From Acidobacteriota bacterium (GTDB lineage Bacteria > Acidobacteriota > Thermoanaerobaculia > Multivoradales > JAHEKO01), in contig JAOTWP010000001.1 in NCBI GenBank assembly GCA_029862975.1, forward strand, positions 11,676 through 75,675: a DNA stretch of 64,000 nucleotides, written 5' to 3'. The position numbers and the translations under genes are program-made. The notes under the pieces are model-generated. The model saw nothing but the letters and a program-made list of their open reading frames with translations, made no database searches and was not told where the DNA came from. Below are positions 54,290 through 63,181 of this stretch, piece after piece (the stretch's first letter is position 1; every line of letters begins with the position of its first letter).

Positions 54290-54328
54290 TGGACAGAAAT
54301 GGACAAAAATGGACCGTGTTGCTAGAGT
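54290..54328 (+). promoter_or_regulatory. dcw-cluster promoter with three 10-bp-phased TGGAC direct repeats (MraZ-operator-like)
   Basis: TGGAC at 54290, 54300 and 54310. TGGACA (54300-05), 17 nt spacer, TAGAGT (54323-28) fits sigma-70 -35/-10. Lies 37 nt upstream of the mraZ start. Confidence 0.6.
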
Positions 54329-54364
54329 GCGTGCGGAAACTTCTGTTCCTGTGGGCGGTGAACG

Positions 54365-54805
54365 GTGTTTCGTGGCAGCTCTGCGACCAAGATCGACGAC
54401 AAGGGAAGGCTGAAACTCCCAACGGGGTTTCGCCGGCAGCTTGAGTCCGAGTACGGCCCGGACGTCTTCATCACGTCGGTCAGCGGGACGTCCGCCCGTC
54501 TCTATCCGCTCCAGATCTGGGAGGAGATCGAGGCGGCGCTGGCCGCGCTGCCAAAGACCGATCAGGTCAAGCAGCGGTTTCTCGAGCGCACGAGCTACTT
54601 CGGCCAGGAGGCGACCCTCGACAAGCAGGGGCGCGTCGTGATGCCCCCCATCCTGCGCGACAGCGCGCTGATGGTGGGCGACGTGGTCGTCAGCGCGCGG
54701 CTCGATCACCTGGAGGTCTGGAACCGGCAGCGCCTGATCGAGCGCTTCGAGGACCAGCCGTTCACGGATGACGACTACGCCTATCTGAGCGAGCGGGGCA
54801 TCTGA
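54365..54805 (+). CDS. mraZ: transcriptional regulator MraZ
   Basis: (V)FRGSSATKIDDKGRLKLP and second SpoVT-AbrB repeat LDKQGRVVMPPILR. GTG start. Confidence 0.9.
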   Translation: MFRGSSATKIDDKGRLKLPTGFRRQLESEYGPDVFITSVSGTSARLYPLQIWEEIEAALAALPKTDQVKQRFLERTSYFGQEATLDKQGRVVMPPILRDSALMVGDVVVSARLDHLEVWNRQRLIERFEDQPFTDDDYAYLSERGI

Positions 54806-54879
54806 CGGCGCCGCCGCGCCGCGAGCGAGAGGCACGTTGAGAGAGGAGCTGCAAGTCGGAGGATCCCGTTCATGTTCCG

Positions 54880-55779
54880 GTGCTGCTGCGCGAGACGCTC
54901 GAGCTGCTCGAGCCCGCGGGCGGCGGCGTCTTCGTGGACTGCACCCTGGGCCTCGGTGGGCACGCGGAGGCCCTGCTGGCGGCCGATCCGGCGGTGCGCC
55001 TCATCGGGATCGATCGCGATCCCGCCGCTCTTGCTCGGGCGCGCCGGCGGCTGGCGGCGAGCGGCGAGCGCGTGTCGTGCCTGGAGGGGCACTTCGGTGA
55101 GATCGGCGAGCTGCTGCGGGACGCGGGAGTCGGCGGGGTGCGCGGCATCCTGGCCGATCTCGGCGTCTCCTCCATGCAGCTGGACACGCCGGAGCGCGGT
55201 TTCAGCTTCCGGTTCGAGGGTCCGCTCGACATGAGGATGGGAACGAGCGGCCCGACTGCCGGAGACATCGTCAACGACTATGCGGAGGCGGATCTGGTGC
55301 GGATCTTCAGCGAGTACGGAGAGGAGAGGCAGGCGCGTCGCGTCGCCCGGGCCATCGCGGCGGCGCGCAAGGAGCATCCGATCGCGACGACGCGCGAGCT
55401 GCGGGACCTCGTCCACCGGGCGAAGCGCCAGTACGGGCGGCGGCGCGTCGATCCGGCCACGCAGGTCTTCCAAGCCCTGCGCATCGAGGTCAATCGCGAG
55501 CTCGCGGGCCTCGAGGAGCTGCTCCGGCAGGTCCCCAACCTGCTGGAGCGCGGCGGCAGGCTGGTCGTCATCTCCTACCAGAGTCTCGAGGATCGGATCG
55601 TCAAGAACACCCTGCGCGACCTCGCCCGCGGCGAGGTCGACGAGGTGACGGGCCGCACCCGCTCCGAGACCCGCCTGCTCGAAGTGCTGACCCGCCGGCC
55701 GGTGCGGCCCGGCGAGGTCGAGATCGCGGCCAATCCGCGCGCCCGCTCCGCACGCCTGCGCGCCGCGAGGAGGCTCTGA
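54880..55779 (+). CDS. rsmH: 16S rRNA (cytosine1402-N4)-methyltransferase
   Basis: VDCTLGLGGHAEA, DLGVSSMQLD, GPLDMRM, ATQVFQALRIEVN, SYQSLEDRIVK. The only in-frame canonical start is GTG at 54880 (see finding on the start anomaly). Confidence 0.85.
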   Translation: MLLRETLELLEPAGGGVFVDCTLGLGGHAEALLAADPAVRLIGIDRDPAALARARRRLAASGERVSCLEGHFGEIGELLRDAGVGGVRGILADLGVSSMQLDTPERGFSFRFEGPLDMRMGTSGPTAGDIVNDYAEADLVRIFSEYGEERQARRVARAIAAARKEHPIATTRELRDLVHRAKRQYGRRRVDPATQVFQALRIEVNRELAGLEELLRQVPNLLERGGRLVVISYQSLEDRIVKNTLRDLARGEVDEVTGRTRSETRLLEVLTRRPVRPGEVEIAANPRARSARLRAARRL

Positions 55780-55783
55780 GAGG

Positions 55784-56128
55784 TTGAAGAGCGCGTACTC
55801 GATCCACCGCCCGGTAGCCAACGTCTACCTCGTGCGCGACCGCGACCGGCGGTTGCGGCGCGAGCTGCTGTCCGTGCTGGCGGTGGCCCTGCCGCTGAGC
55901 GTCGCCGTCCTGGCCTACGTCTGGGTATCGAGCCAGGTGTGGGACAAGGGCTACGAGGTCCTGCGCCTCGAGCGCACCCTCGAGCGCAGCCTCGAGCGCG
56001 AGCGCGTCCTGCGGGTGGAGGCGGCCCGGCTGTCGCGGTACGACCGGGTGGCGCGGCGGGGGCATGACGAGCTCGGCCTCCGGCCGCTGGCGCTCGACCA
56101 GGTGGTGTTCGCCGGAGAGCTGGAGTGA
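55784..56128 (+). CDS. ftsL: cell division protein FtsL-like
   Basis: Small bitopic protein (TM LLSVLAVALPLSVAVLAYVWV) followed by a coiled coil. Located between rsmH and ftsI. TTG start. Confidence 0.7.
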   Translation: MKSAYSIHRPVANVYLVRDRDRRLRRELLSVLAVALPLSVAVLAYVWVSSQVWDKGYEVLRLERTLERSLERERVLRVEAARLSRYDRVARRGHDELGLRPLALDQVVFAGELE

Positions 56129-57891
56129 AGACGAGGCTCCACGTGGTGCTGGCGCTCGCCGCGCTGTGGTTCGCGGGCCTGGCGGCGCGGCTCTGCGACC
56201 TCCAGGTCCGCGAGCACGACCACTACGTCGAGCGGGCCCGCAATCAGCAGCGCACGGAGCTCGTGCTCACGCCGCCCCGGGGCACGATCTACGACGCGAG
56301 CGGCCGCGAGCTGGCGATGTCCATCGAGGCGGCGTCGGCCTACGCGGTGCCGCGCGAGATCGCGGATCCGGCGGGAGCCGCCGCCCGGATCGCCGCGGCG
56401 GTGGGCGCCGACCGCGCCGTCCTCGCGTCGCGCCTCGGCCGCGGCGACCGGGGCTTCGTCTGGGTGGCCCGCCAGCTCGAGCCGGCGGCGGCGGAGCGGC
56501 TGCGCGCCCTCGAGCTGCCGGGCGTCAAGTTCACGACCGAGAGCAAGCGCTCCTATCCGCTGGGCGCTCTGGCGGCGCCGGTCCTGGGCTTCGTCGGGGT
56601 CGATCCCACGGGCCTGGCGGGGATCGAGGCGGCCTACGACGAGACCATCGCGGGCCGGGAGGTTCGCCGCCCCGTCCTGCGGGACGCGCGGCGCGGCAGC
56701 ATCCTCTACGACGATCTCGCCCAGCCGGAAGCGCCGCCGGGCGCCGATCTCTTCCTCACGATCGACAGCTCGATCCAGCACGTGGCGGAGCGCGAGCTCG
56801 CCGCCGCCGTCGCCCGCCACGGGGCCCGGGGGGGCTCGGTCGTGATGCTCGACCCGGGCACCGGCGCCGTGCTCGCGATGGCCTCCTCGCCGAGCTTCGA
56901 TCCCAACGCCTACGGTCAGGCGCCGCCCGCGGACCGGGTCAACATCCCGGTGCAGCACGTGTACGAGCCGGGCTCGACGTTCAAGCTCGTCACCGCCGCC
57001 GCCGCCCTCGAGACCGGCGCCGTCGATCCCCTCGACCGCTTCGACTGCGGCCGGGGCGGGATCGTCTTCCGGGGCAAGCTGATCCGGGACCACAAGAGCT
57101 TCGACGATCTGAGCTTCTCGGAGATCATCGCCTTCTCGAGCAACGTCGGCGCGATCCGGCTGGGGGCGCGGGTCGGCGAGCAGCGCCTCTACGAGACGAT
57201 CCGGGCGTTCGGCTTCGGCAGCAAGACGGGCATCGATCTGGCGGGCGAGAGCGCGGGCCGCGTGTGGCCGGTCGAGGAGTGGCACGCCCGCGACGTCGCC
57301 TACCTTTCGTTCGGCCAGGGCATCTCGGTGACGCCCCTGCAGCTTGCCAACGCCTTCGCGGCCATCGCCAACGGCGGCACCCTGTACCAGCCCTACGTGG
57401 TGTCCGCGGTCTCTCGCGACGGGGTCGTCGAGGCGCCGGCCGACCGGCCGCGAGCTCTCGGCCGCCCGATCTCGGCGCAGACGGCGCAGACGCTCGAGCG
57501 GATGCTCGAGATGGTGGTCGAGGCCGAGGGGGGCACCGGCAGGAAGGCCGCCATTCCGGGCTATCGGGTGGCCGGCAAGACGGGGACGGCAGAGAAGCCC
57601 GAGAACGGGATCTACGTCGCCGGCAAGTACGTCGCGAGCTTCGTCGGCTTCGCCCCGGCGCGCGCCCCCGCCGTCGTCTGCCTGGTGATCATCGACGAGC
57701 CGGCGGGCTCGCGTTTCCACGGCGGCGACATCGCGGCCGGCGTCTTCGCCGAGATCGTGCGGCACGCGCTGCTGCGGCTCGGCGTGCCGCGAGACGAGCC
57801 CCCGGCCGGGGCCGGCGAGAAGCCGCTCGTGGCCGCGCTCGGGGGAGCGCGCCCCACCCCCCCGGCGCCCGGGCGCGTCGCGACGAGATGA
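56125..57891 (+). CDS. ftsI: peptidoglycan D,D-transpeptidase FtsI (class B PBP)
   Basis: N-terminal TM and PBP dimer domain. Motifs STFK, SSN and KTGT. Confidence 0.9.
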   Translation: MKTRLHVVLALAALWFAGLAARLCDLQVREHDHYVERARNQQRTELVLTPPRGTIYDASGRELAMSIEAASAYAVPREIADPAGAAARIAAAVGADRAVLASRLGRGDRGFVWVARQLEPAAAERLRALELPGVKFTTESKRSYPLGALAAPVLGFVGVDPTGLAGIEAAYDETIAGREVRRPVLRDARRGSILYDDLAQPEAPPGADLFLTIDSSIQHVAERELAAAVARHGARGGSVVMLDPGTGAVLAMASSPSFDPNAYGQAPPADRVNIPVQHVYEPGSTFKLVTAAAALETGAVDPLDRFDCGRGGIVFRGKLIRDHKSFDDLSFSEIIAFSSNVGAIRLGARVGEQRLYETIRAFGFGSKTGIDLAGESAGRVWPVEEWHARDVAYLSFGQGISVTPLQLANAFAAIANGGTLYQPYVVSAVSRDGVVEAPADRPRALGRPISAQTAQTLERMLEMVVEAEGGTGRKAAIPGYRVAGKTGTAEKPENGIYVAGKYVASFVGFAPARAPAVVCLVIIDEPAGSRFHGGDIAAGVFAEIVRHALLRLGVPRDEPPAGAGEKPLVAALGGARPTPPAPGRVATR

Positions 57892-59354
57892 GACTCATGG
57901 AGCTCACCCTGGACCTGCCCATCCGCGCCGGCTCCGCGCCCGACGTCGAGATCCTCGGCGTCACCCACGACAGCCGCCGCGTGGCGCCGGGCGATCTGTT
58001 CGTGGCCGTGGCCGGGGCGCGCTGCGACGGCCGCGCCTACGCGTCGCAGGCCGCGGCGCGCGGGGCGGCCGCCGTCCTCGGCGCCGGCGAGGCCCCGGCC
58101 GGTCTCGCGGTGCCCTGGCTGTCGGCCGCGGATCCCCGCGCCCTGCTCGGGCCGCTGGCGGCGCGGGTCTGCCGGCACCCGGATCGCGAGCTCGCGATGA
58201 TCGGGGTGACCGGCACCAACGGCAAGTCGACGGTCGTGGAGCTCGTGCGCGCGATCCTCGAAGCGGCCGGGCGGCCGACCGCCGCGATCGGCACGCTGGG
58301 CTATCGTTTCCGCGAGCTCATCTTCGCGGCCGAGCGCACGACGCCGGAGGCCTCGGATCTCTTCCGGCTGCTGCGGTCGATGCGCGACGCCGGAGCGGAG
58401 GCGGCCGCCATGGAGGTCTCGTCCCACGCGCTGCGGCTTCACCGGGTCGCGGGGGCGAGCTTCGACGTCGCGATCTTCACCAATCTGAGCCGCGACCACT
58501 TCGACTTCCACGCCGATTTCGAGGACTACTTCGCGGTTAAGGCGCGGCTCTTCGACCACCTCAAGACGGGCGGCCGGGCCGTCGTCAACGTCGACGACGC
58601 CTACGGCCGCCGGCTGGCGGACGCCCTGCCCGGAGTGCTCACCTACGGCGCCGCGGGGCAGGTCTCGCCGCTCGAGGTGGAGCTGGACGAGAACGGCATC
58701 CGCGGCGCGCTCGCCACGCCCCGCGGCCGGCTCGCCATCCAGACCGGCCTCCTGGGGGCCTACAACCTCGAGAACGTGCTCGCGGCGGTGGCGGGCGCCG
58801 AGGCGCTCGGCGTCGGCCACGCGGCCGTCCGCAGGGGCCTGGCGGCGGTCCGGCCGCTGCCCGGCCGGCTCGAGCCGGTCGTCGCCGGGCAGCAGTTTCC
58901 CGTCCTCGTCGACTTCGCCCACACCGATGCCGCTCTCGCCGCGGCCCTGCGCTCCGTGCGCCAGCTCACCGGGCGGCGGCTGCTGGTGGTCTTCGGCTGC
59001 GGCGGCGATCGCGATCCGGGCAAGCGGGTTCTCATGGGGCGGGTGGCGGGGCGGCTGGCCGACCGCGCCATCGCGACCTCGGACAACCCGCGCTCGGAGG
59101 ACCCCGAGCGCATTCTCGAAAGCGTCGAGCAGGGGCTGCGCGAGAGCGGGGCGGAAGGCTACGAGATCGTCGTCGATCGGCGGCAGGCGATCCGGCGCGC
59201 CGTCGCCCTGGCCGACAGCGGCTGGGCGGTCCTCGTGGCCGGCAAGGGCCACGAGGAGATGCAGATCGTCGGCGGCCGGACGCTGCCCTTCTCGGATCGC
59301 GCGGAGCTGACGGCGGCGTTGGAGGAGCGCTTCGGTGCAAGGACGGTTGAATGA
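57888..59354 (+). CDS. murE: UDP-N-acetylmuramoyl-L-alanyl-D-glutamate--2,6-diaminopimelate ligase
   Basis: GVTGTNGKSTV, Mur ligase middle domain, DNPR motif (TSDNPRSEDP). ATG at 57888 (ATGA overlap) or 57897. Confidence 0.9.
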   Translation: MRLMELTLDLPIRAGSAPDVEILGVTHDSRRVAPGDLFVAVAGARCDGRAYASQAAARGAAAVLGAGEAPAGLAVPWLSAADPRALLGPLAARVCRHPDRELAMIGVTGTNGKSTVVELVRAILEAAGRPTAAIGTLGYRFRELIFAAERTTPEASDLFRLLRSMRDAGAEAAAMEVSSHALRLHRVAGASFDVAIFTNLSRDHFDFHADFEDYFAVKARLFDHLKTGGRAVVNVDDAYGRRLADALPGVLTYGAAGQVSPLEVELDENGIRGALATPRGRLAIQTGLLGAYNLENVLAAVAGAEALGVGHAAVRRGLAAVRPLPGRLEPVVAGQQFPVLVDFAHTDAALAAALRSVRQLTGRRLLVVFGCGGDRDPGKRVLMGRVAGRLADRAIATSDNPRSEDPERILESVEQGLRESGAEGYEIVVDRRQAIRRAVALADSGWAVLVAGKGHEEMQIVGGRTLPFSDRAELTAALEERFGARTVE

Positions 59355-60714
59355 GGCGGCCGCGGCCATGGGAGGCAGGTTGATCGCGGCGCTCCCGAGC
59401 TCCCGCTGGGAGGGCGCCGTGCTCGATTCCCGCCAGGTCGCGGGGGGCGAGCTGTTCTTCGCGCTGCCCGGCGAGGAGACGGACGGGCACCGCTTCGTCG
59501 CGCAGGCCCTGTCGCGGGGCGCGGCGGCGGCGGTCGTCGCGCGGCCCGTCGCGGCCGAAGGCCCGCTGATCGAGGTGGCCGACACCTTCCGCGCCCTGCA
59601 CGATCTCACCCGCTGGGCGCGGCGCTCGGTGCCCCGCCACCTCGCCGCCGTCACCGGGTCGGCGGGCAAGACGACGACCAAGGAGCTGCTCGCCGCGATG
59701 CTCGAGGAGCGCTACCGCGTGGGGCGCAGCCCGGGCAACCTCAACAACACCTACGGCTTCCCCGTGGCGCTGCTCGGCATCGCCGACGACGCCGAGTGGA
59801 TGGTGGCGGAGATGGGGATGTCCGTCCCCGGCGAGCTCGCCCAGGTGAGCCGTCTCGGCCTGCCGGAGGTCGCCGTCTTCACGAACGTCCGCCCGGCCCA
59901 CCTCGCGGCCTTCGGCACGCTGCGCGCCGTCGCGCGGGCGAAGGCCGAGCTGCTGGAGGGCCTCGACCCGCGGGGGCTCGTCGTCGCCAACGCCGACGAT
60001 CCCGAGGTGCTCTGGATCGCCGGGCTCCACCGGGGGCCGGTCGTGACCTACGGCCTCGAGGCGGACGACGCCGACGTGCGGGCCGTCGACCTGGCGCCGG
60101 CCCACCCGGTCGGCACGCGCTTCCGGCTGCTCGCCCGCCGCTACGAGGTCGAGGAGTGGATCGAGCTGGGGCTTCACGGCCGGTACAACGTGGAGAACTG
60201 CCTCGCCGCCGCCGCCGCCGCCCTGGCGATCGGCATCTCGGCCGAGGAGATCGCCGCCGCGGCCGGCGCCGCGCGGCCGGAACCGGGACGCGGCGAGGTC
60301 CTCGCGCTCGCCGGGGGGGCGACCCTCGTCGACGACAGCTACAACTCCAACCCGGCGGCCGTCGCCCAGGCGCTGGAGGCCGCCGCGGCCCTGCCGGGGA
60401 GCCGGCGCTGGGCGGTGCTCGGCGACATGCTGGAGCTCGGGGCGGACGCGCCCCGCTTCCATCGCGGGGCCGGCCGGGGGGCCGCCGCCGCGGGCTTCGA
60501 TCCGGTCTTCGGCGTGGGCGAGCTGTCCCGGGAGCTGGTGGCGGCCGCCGCCGAGGAAGGCGCGGCCGTCGCCTGGTGGGCCACGGCGGGCGAGGCGGCG
60601 GCGGCGCTTCCGGAGCCGCGCGCCGGCGACGTCATTCTCGTCAAGGGGTCGCGCGGCGTCGGCCTCGAGCGCGTCGCGGCGGCGCTCGTCGCGGCCGGCG
60701 GGGGACGGGGCTGA
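59335..60714 (+). CDS. murF: UDP-N-acetylmuramoyl-tripeptide--D-alanyl-D-alanine ligase
   Basis: VTGSAGKTTTKELL, DDSYNSNP, position after murE. GTG start overlaps the murE 3' end by 20 nt. Confidence 0.9.
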   Translation: MQGRLNEAAAAMGGRLIAALPSSRWEGAVLDSRQVAGGELFFALPGEETDGHRFVAQALSRGAAAAVVARPVAAEGPLIEVADTFRALHDLTRWARRSVPRHLAAVTGSAGKTTTKELLAAMLEERYRVGRSPGNLNNTYGFPVALLGIADDAEWMVAEMGMSVPGELAQVSRLGLPEVAVFTNVRPAHLAAFGTLRAVARAKAELLEGLDPRGLVVANADDPEVLWIAGLHRGPVVTYGLEADDADVRAVDLAPAHPVGTRFRLLARRYEVEEWIELGLHGRYNVENCLAAAAAALAIGISAEEIAAAAGAARPEPGRGEVLALAGGATLVDDSYNSNPAAVAQALEAAAALPGSRRWAVLGDMLELGADAPRFHRGAGRGAAAAGFDPVFGVGELSRELVAAAAEEGAAVAWWATAGEAAAALPEPRAGDVILVKGSRGVGLERVAAALVAAGGGRG

Positions 60715-61799
60715 TGCTCTATCACCTCCTCTTCCCCCTCGCGGACCGGGTGGCGCTCTTCAACGTGTTCCGCTACATCACGTTCCGCACCGCGGGCGCC
60801 GTGCTGACGGCCCTGGTGCTCAGCCTCCTGCTGGGGCCGCGTTTCGTGCGCCTGCTGCGCCGCCTGTCGGTGGGCCAGAGCATTCTCGACGTGGCGCCCG
60901 AGAGCCATCGGATCAAGGCCGGCACCCCGACCATGGGCGGCCTGTTGATCCTCTTCGCGCTGACCCTGCCGACCCTCTTGTGGGCGCGGCTGGACAACCC
61001 CTACGTCTGGCTGGCGATGGGCGTCACCCTGGCGTTCGGCGCCATCGGCTTCGCGGACGACTACCTGAAGGTCCGGCGCAGCCACAACCGGGGCCTGCGC
61101 GCGCGCGCCAAGTTCCTGCTGTCCGCCGCGGTCGCCGTCGGCGCGGGACTGATCCTCCTGTCGCTCCCCGAGGAGTACGCGTTCGCGCCCACCGTCGCGT
61201 TCCCCTTCTTCAAGCGCGCCATCGTCGACCTGGGGCTGCTCTACGTGCCCTTCCTCGTCGTCGTGCTCTTCGGCGCTTCGAGCGCCGTCAACCTGACGGA
61301 CGGCCTCGATGGCCTCGCCATCGGCGCGACCCTGATCGCCGCCTCGACCTACGCGATCTTCACCTACGTCGCCGGCAACTCGGTCGTGGCCGGCTACCTC
61401 CAGGTGCCCTACGTCCGCGGCGTCGGCGAGGTGGCGATCTTCTGCGGCGCCCTCGTCGGGGCCAGCATGGGGTTCCTGTGGTTCAACTCCCACCCCGCCG
61501 AGATGATCATGGGAGACGTCGGCTCGCTCGCTCTCGGCGCCGCCATCGGCACCGTCGCGGTGCTCGCCAAGCAGGAGATCCTGCTGGTGCTGGTCGGCGG
61601 CCTCTTCGTCCTCGAGGCGCTGTCGGTGATCGTCCAGGTGGCGTCGTTCAAGCTGCGGGGCAAGCGCGTGCTGCGCATGGCCCCGCTCCACCATCACTTC
61701 GAGCTCGTCGGCTGGTCGGAGCCGAAGATCATCGTCCGCTTCTGGATCGTGGCGATCGTCTTCGCGCTCATCAGCCTGTCGACGCTGAAACTGCGATGA
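60714..61799 (+). CDS. mraY: phospho-N-acetylmuramoyl-pentapeptide transferase
   Basis: FRYITFRTA, GTPTMGG, NLTDGLDGLA, MGDVGSLALG, APLHHHFE. Confidence 0.95.
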   Translation: MLYHLLFPLADRVALFNVFRYITFRTAGAVLTALVLSLLLGPRFVRLLRRLSVGQSILDVAPESHRIKAGTPTMGGLLILFALTLPTLLWARLDNPYVWLAMGVTLAFGAIGFADDYLKVRRSHNRGLRARAKFLLSAAVAVGAGLILLSLPEEYAFAPTVAFPFFKRAIVDLGLLYVPFLVVVLFGASSAVNLTDGLDGLAIGATLIAASTYAIFTYVAGNSVVAGYLQVPYVRGVGEVAIFCGALVGASMGFLWFNSHPAEMIMGDVGSLALGAAIGTVAVLAKQEILLVLVGGLFVLEALSVIVQVASFKLRGKRVLRMAPLHHHFELVGWSEPKIIVRFWIVAIVFALISLSTLKLR

Positions 61800-63181
61800 A
61801 GGCACCCTGGTCGAACGGCGAGTGGCACCGGGTGCTGGTCTACGGACTGGGCGTCTCGGGGCGGGCGGCGCTACGCTTCCTGCGCCGCCGCGGCGTCGCC
61901 GTGCTGGCCGTCGACGACCGCGACCCGGCGCTGCTCGAGCCGCCGGTGGCGGCGGACGATTCGGGCGTGCGGGTGGCGCGGGCCGGCGACGTCGCACGGC
62001 TGCCGGCGGACGTCGACGGCGTGGTCGTCAGCCCGGGCGTCCCCCCCGACCGCCCCCTGCTGCTGGCGGCCCGGGCGCGCGCCCTGCCGGTCATCGGCGA
62101 GGTGGAGCTCGCCTTCCCGTTCCTCGCGGGGCCGGTGGTGGCGATCACGGGGAGCAACGGCAAGAGCACCACGACGGCGCTGACCGGCCGCATGCTCGCG
62201 GCCGCGGGCCGCGGCGCCGTCGTCTGCGGCAACATCGGCCGCCCGCTCGTCGACTGCGTCGACGACGGCGGCGAGATGTTCGTCGCCGAGCTGTCGAGCT
62301 ACCAGCTGGAGAGCGTCGACACCTTCAGGCCGCGCGCCGCCGCGCTCCTGAACCTCTCGCCGGACCACCTCGACCGGCACGGCACCCTCGCCGCCTACGT
62401 GGCGGCCAAGGCCCGGATCTTCGAGAACCAGCGGGCCGGGGACGTCGCCGTGTTCAACGCCGACGATCCCCTCGTGACGGAGGTGGCCGCCCGCACCGAG
62501 CGCCCCCGCCGCCGCTTCTTCTCGCGCCGCGCCGCTGTCGCCGACGGCTGCTTCGTCGAGTCCGGAGTCGTCGTCGAGGTCGCGCCGGGAGAGGAGGCGC
62601 GGTCTCTCTTCTCCCCGCGCGACGTGCCGGTGCCCGGAGCCCACAACCTCGAGAACGCCATGGCCTCCGCCCTGCTGGCGCGGGCGATGGGGGCGCGGGC
62701 GGAGCACCTGGCGGCCGGGCTGGCCGCCTTCGAGGGACTGCCGCACCGCGTCCAGAAGGTCCTCGAGCGTGGCGGCACGGCGTGGTTCGACGACTCGAAG
62801 GGGACCAACGTCGGCGCCACCTCGAGGTCGCTCGAGGGCTTCGCCGACGGCAGCGTGCACCTGATCCTCGGCGGCCGCGGCAAGGGGGCCGATCTCGGGG
62901 TGCTGCGCGACGTGGTCCGCCGCAAGGCGCGGCGGCTCTACCTCATCGGCGAGTCGGCGCCCGACTTCGCGCGCGCGCTCGGCGGCGTCGTGGAGGCGGA
63001 GACCGCGGGCTCCCTGGATCGGGCCGTGGCGGCGGCGGCGCGGCGGGCCGCGGCGGGCGAGGTCGTGCTCCTGTCACCCGCGTGCTCGAGCTTCGATCAG
63101 TACGACAACTACATGCGCCGCGGCGAGCACTTCCAGCGGCTCGTGCGCGAGCTGGCGGGGACGGAGGCGGCCGATGGCTAA
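61796..63181 (+). CDS. murD: UDP-N-acetylmuramoylalanine--D-glutamate ligase
   Basis: VYGLGVSGRA, ITGSNGKSTTTAL, DDSKGTNVGA. ATGA overlap with mraY. Confidence 0.9.
   Translation: MKAPWSNGEWHRVLVYGLGVSGRAALRFLRRRGVAVLAVDDRDPALLEPPVAADDSGVRVARAGDVARLPADVDGVVVSPGVPPDRPLLLAARARALPVIGEVELAFPFLAGPVVAITGSNGKSTTTALTGRMLAAAGRGAVVCGNIGRPLVDCVDDGGEMFVAELSSYQLESVDTFRPRAAALLNLSPDHLDRHGTLAAYVAAKARIFENQRAGDVAVFNADDPLVTEVAARTERPRRRFFSRRAAVADGCFVESGVVVEVAPGEEARSLFSPRDVPVPGAHNLENAMASALLARAMGARAEHLAAGLAAFEGLPHRVQKVLERGGTAWFDDSKGTNVGATSRSLEGFADGSVHLILGGRGKGADLGVLRDVVRRKARRLYLIGESAPDFARALGGVVEAETAGSLDRAVAAAARRAAAGEVVLLSPACSSFDQYDNYMRRGEHFQRLVRELAGTEAADG

Noticed and set aside
54872-55234. ORF starting at the SD-preceded ATG at 54872 (MFRCCCARRSSCSS..) as a real overlapping gene.
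   Set aside because: The translation is Cys/Arg/Ser-rich noise lying entirely inside rsmH in another frame. It is more parsimoniously explained by a 1-nt indel or start shift affecting rsmH.
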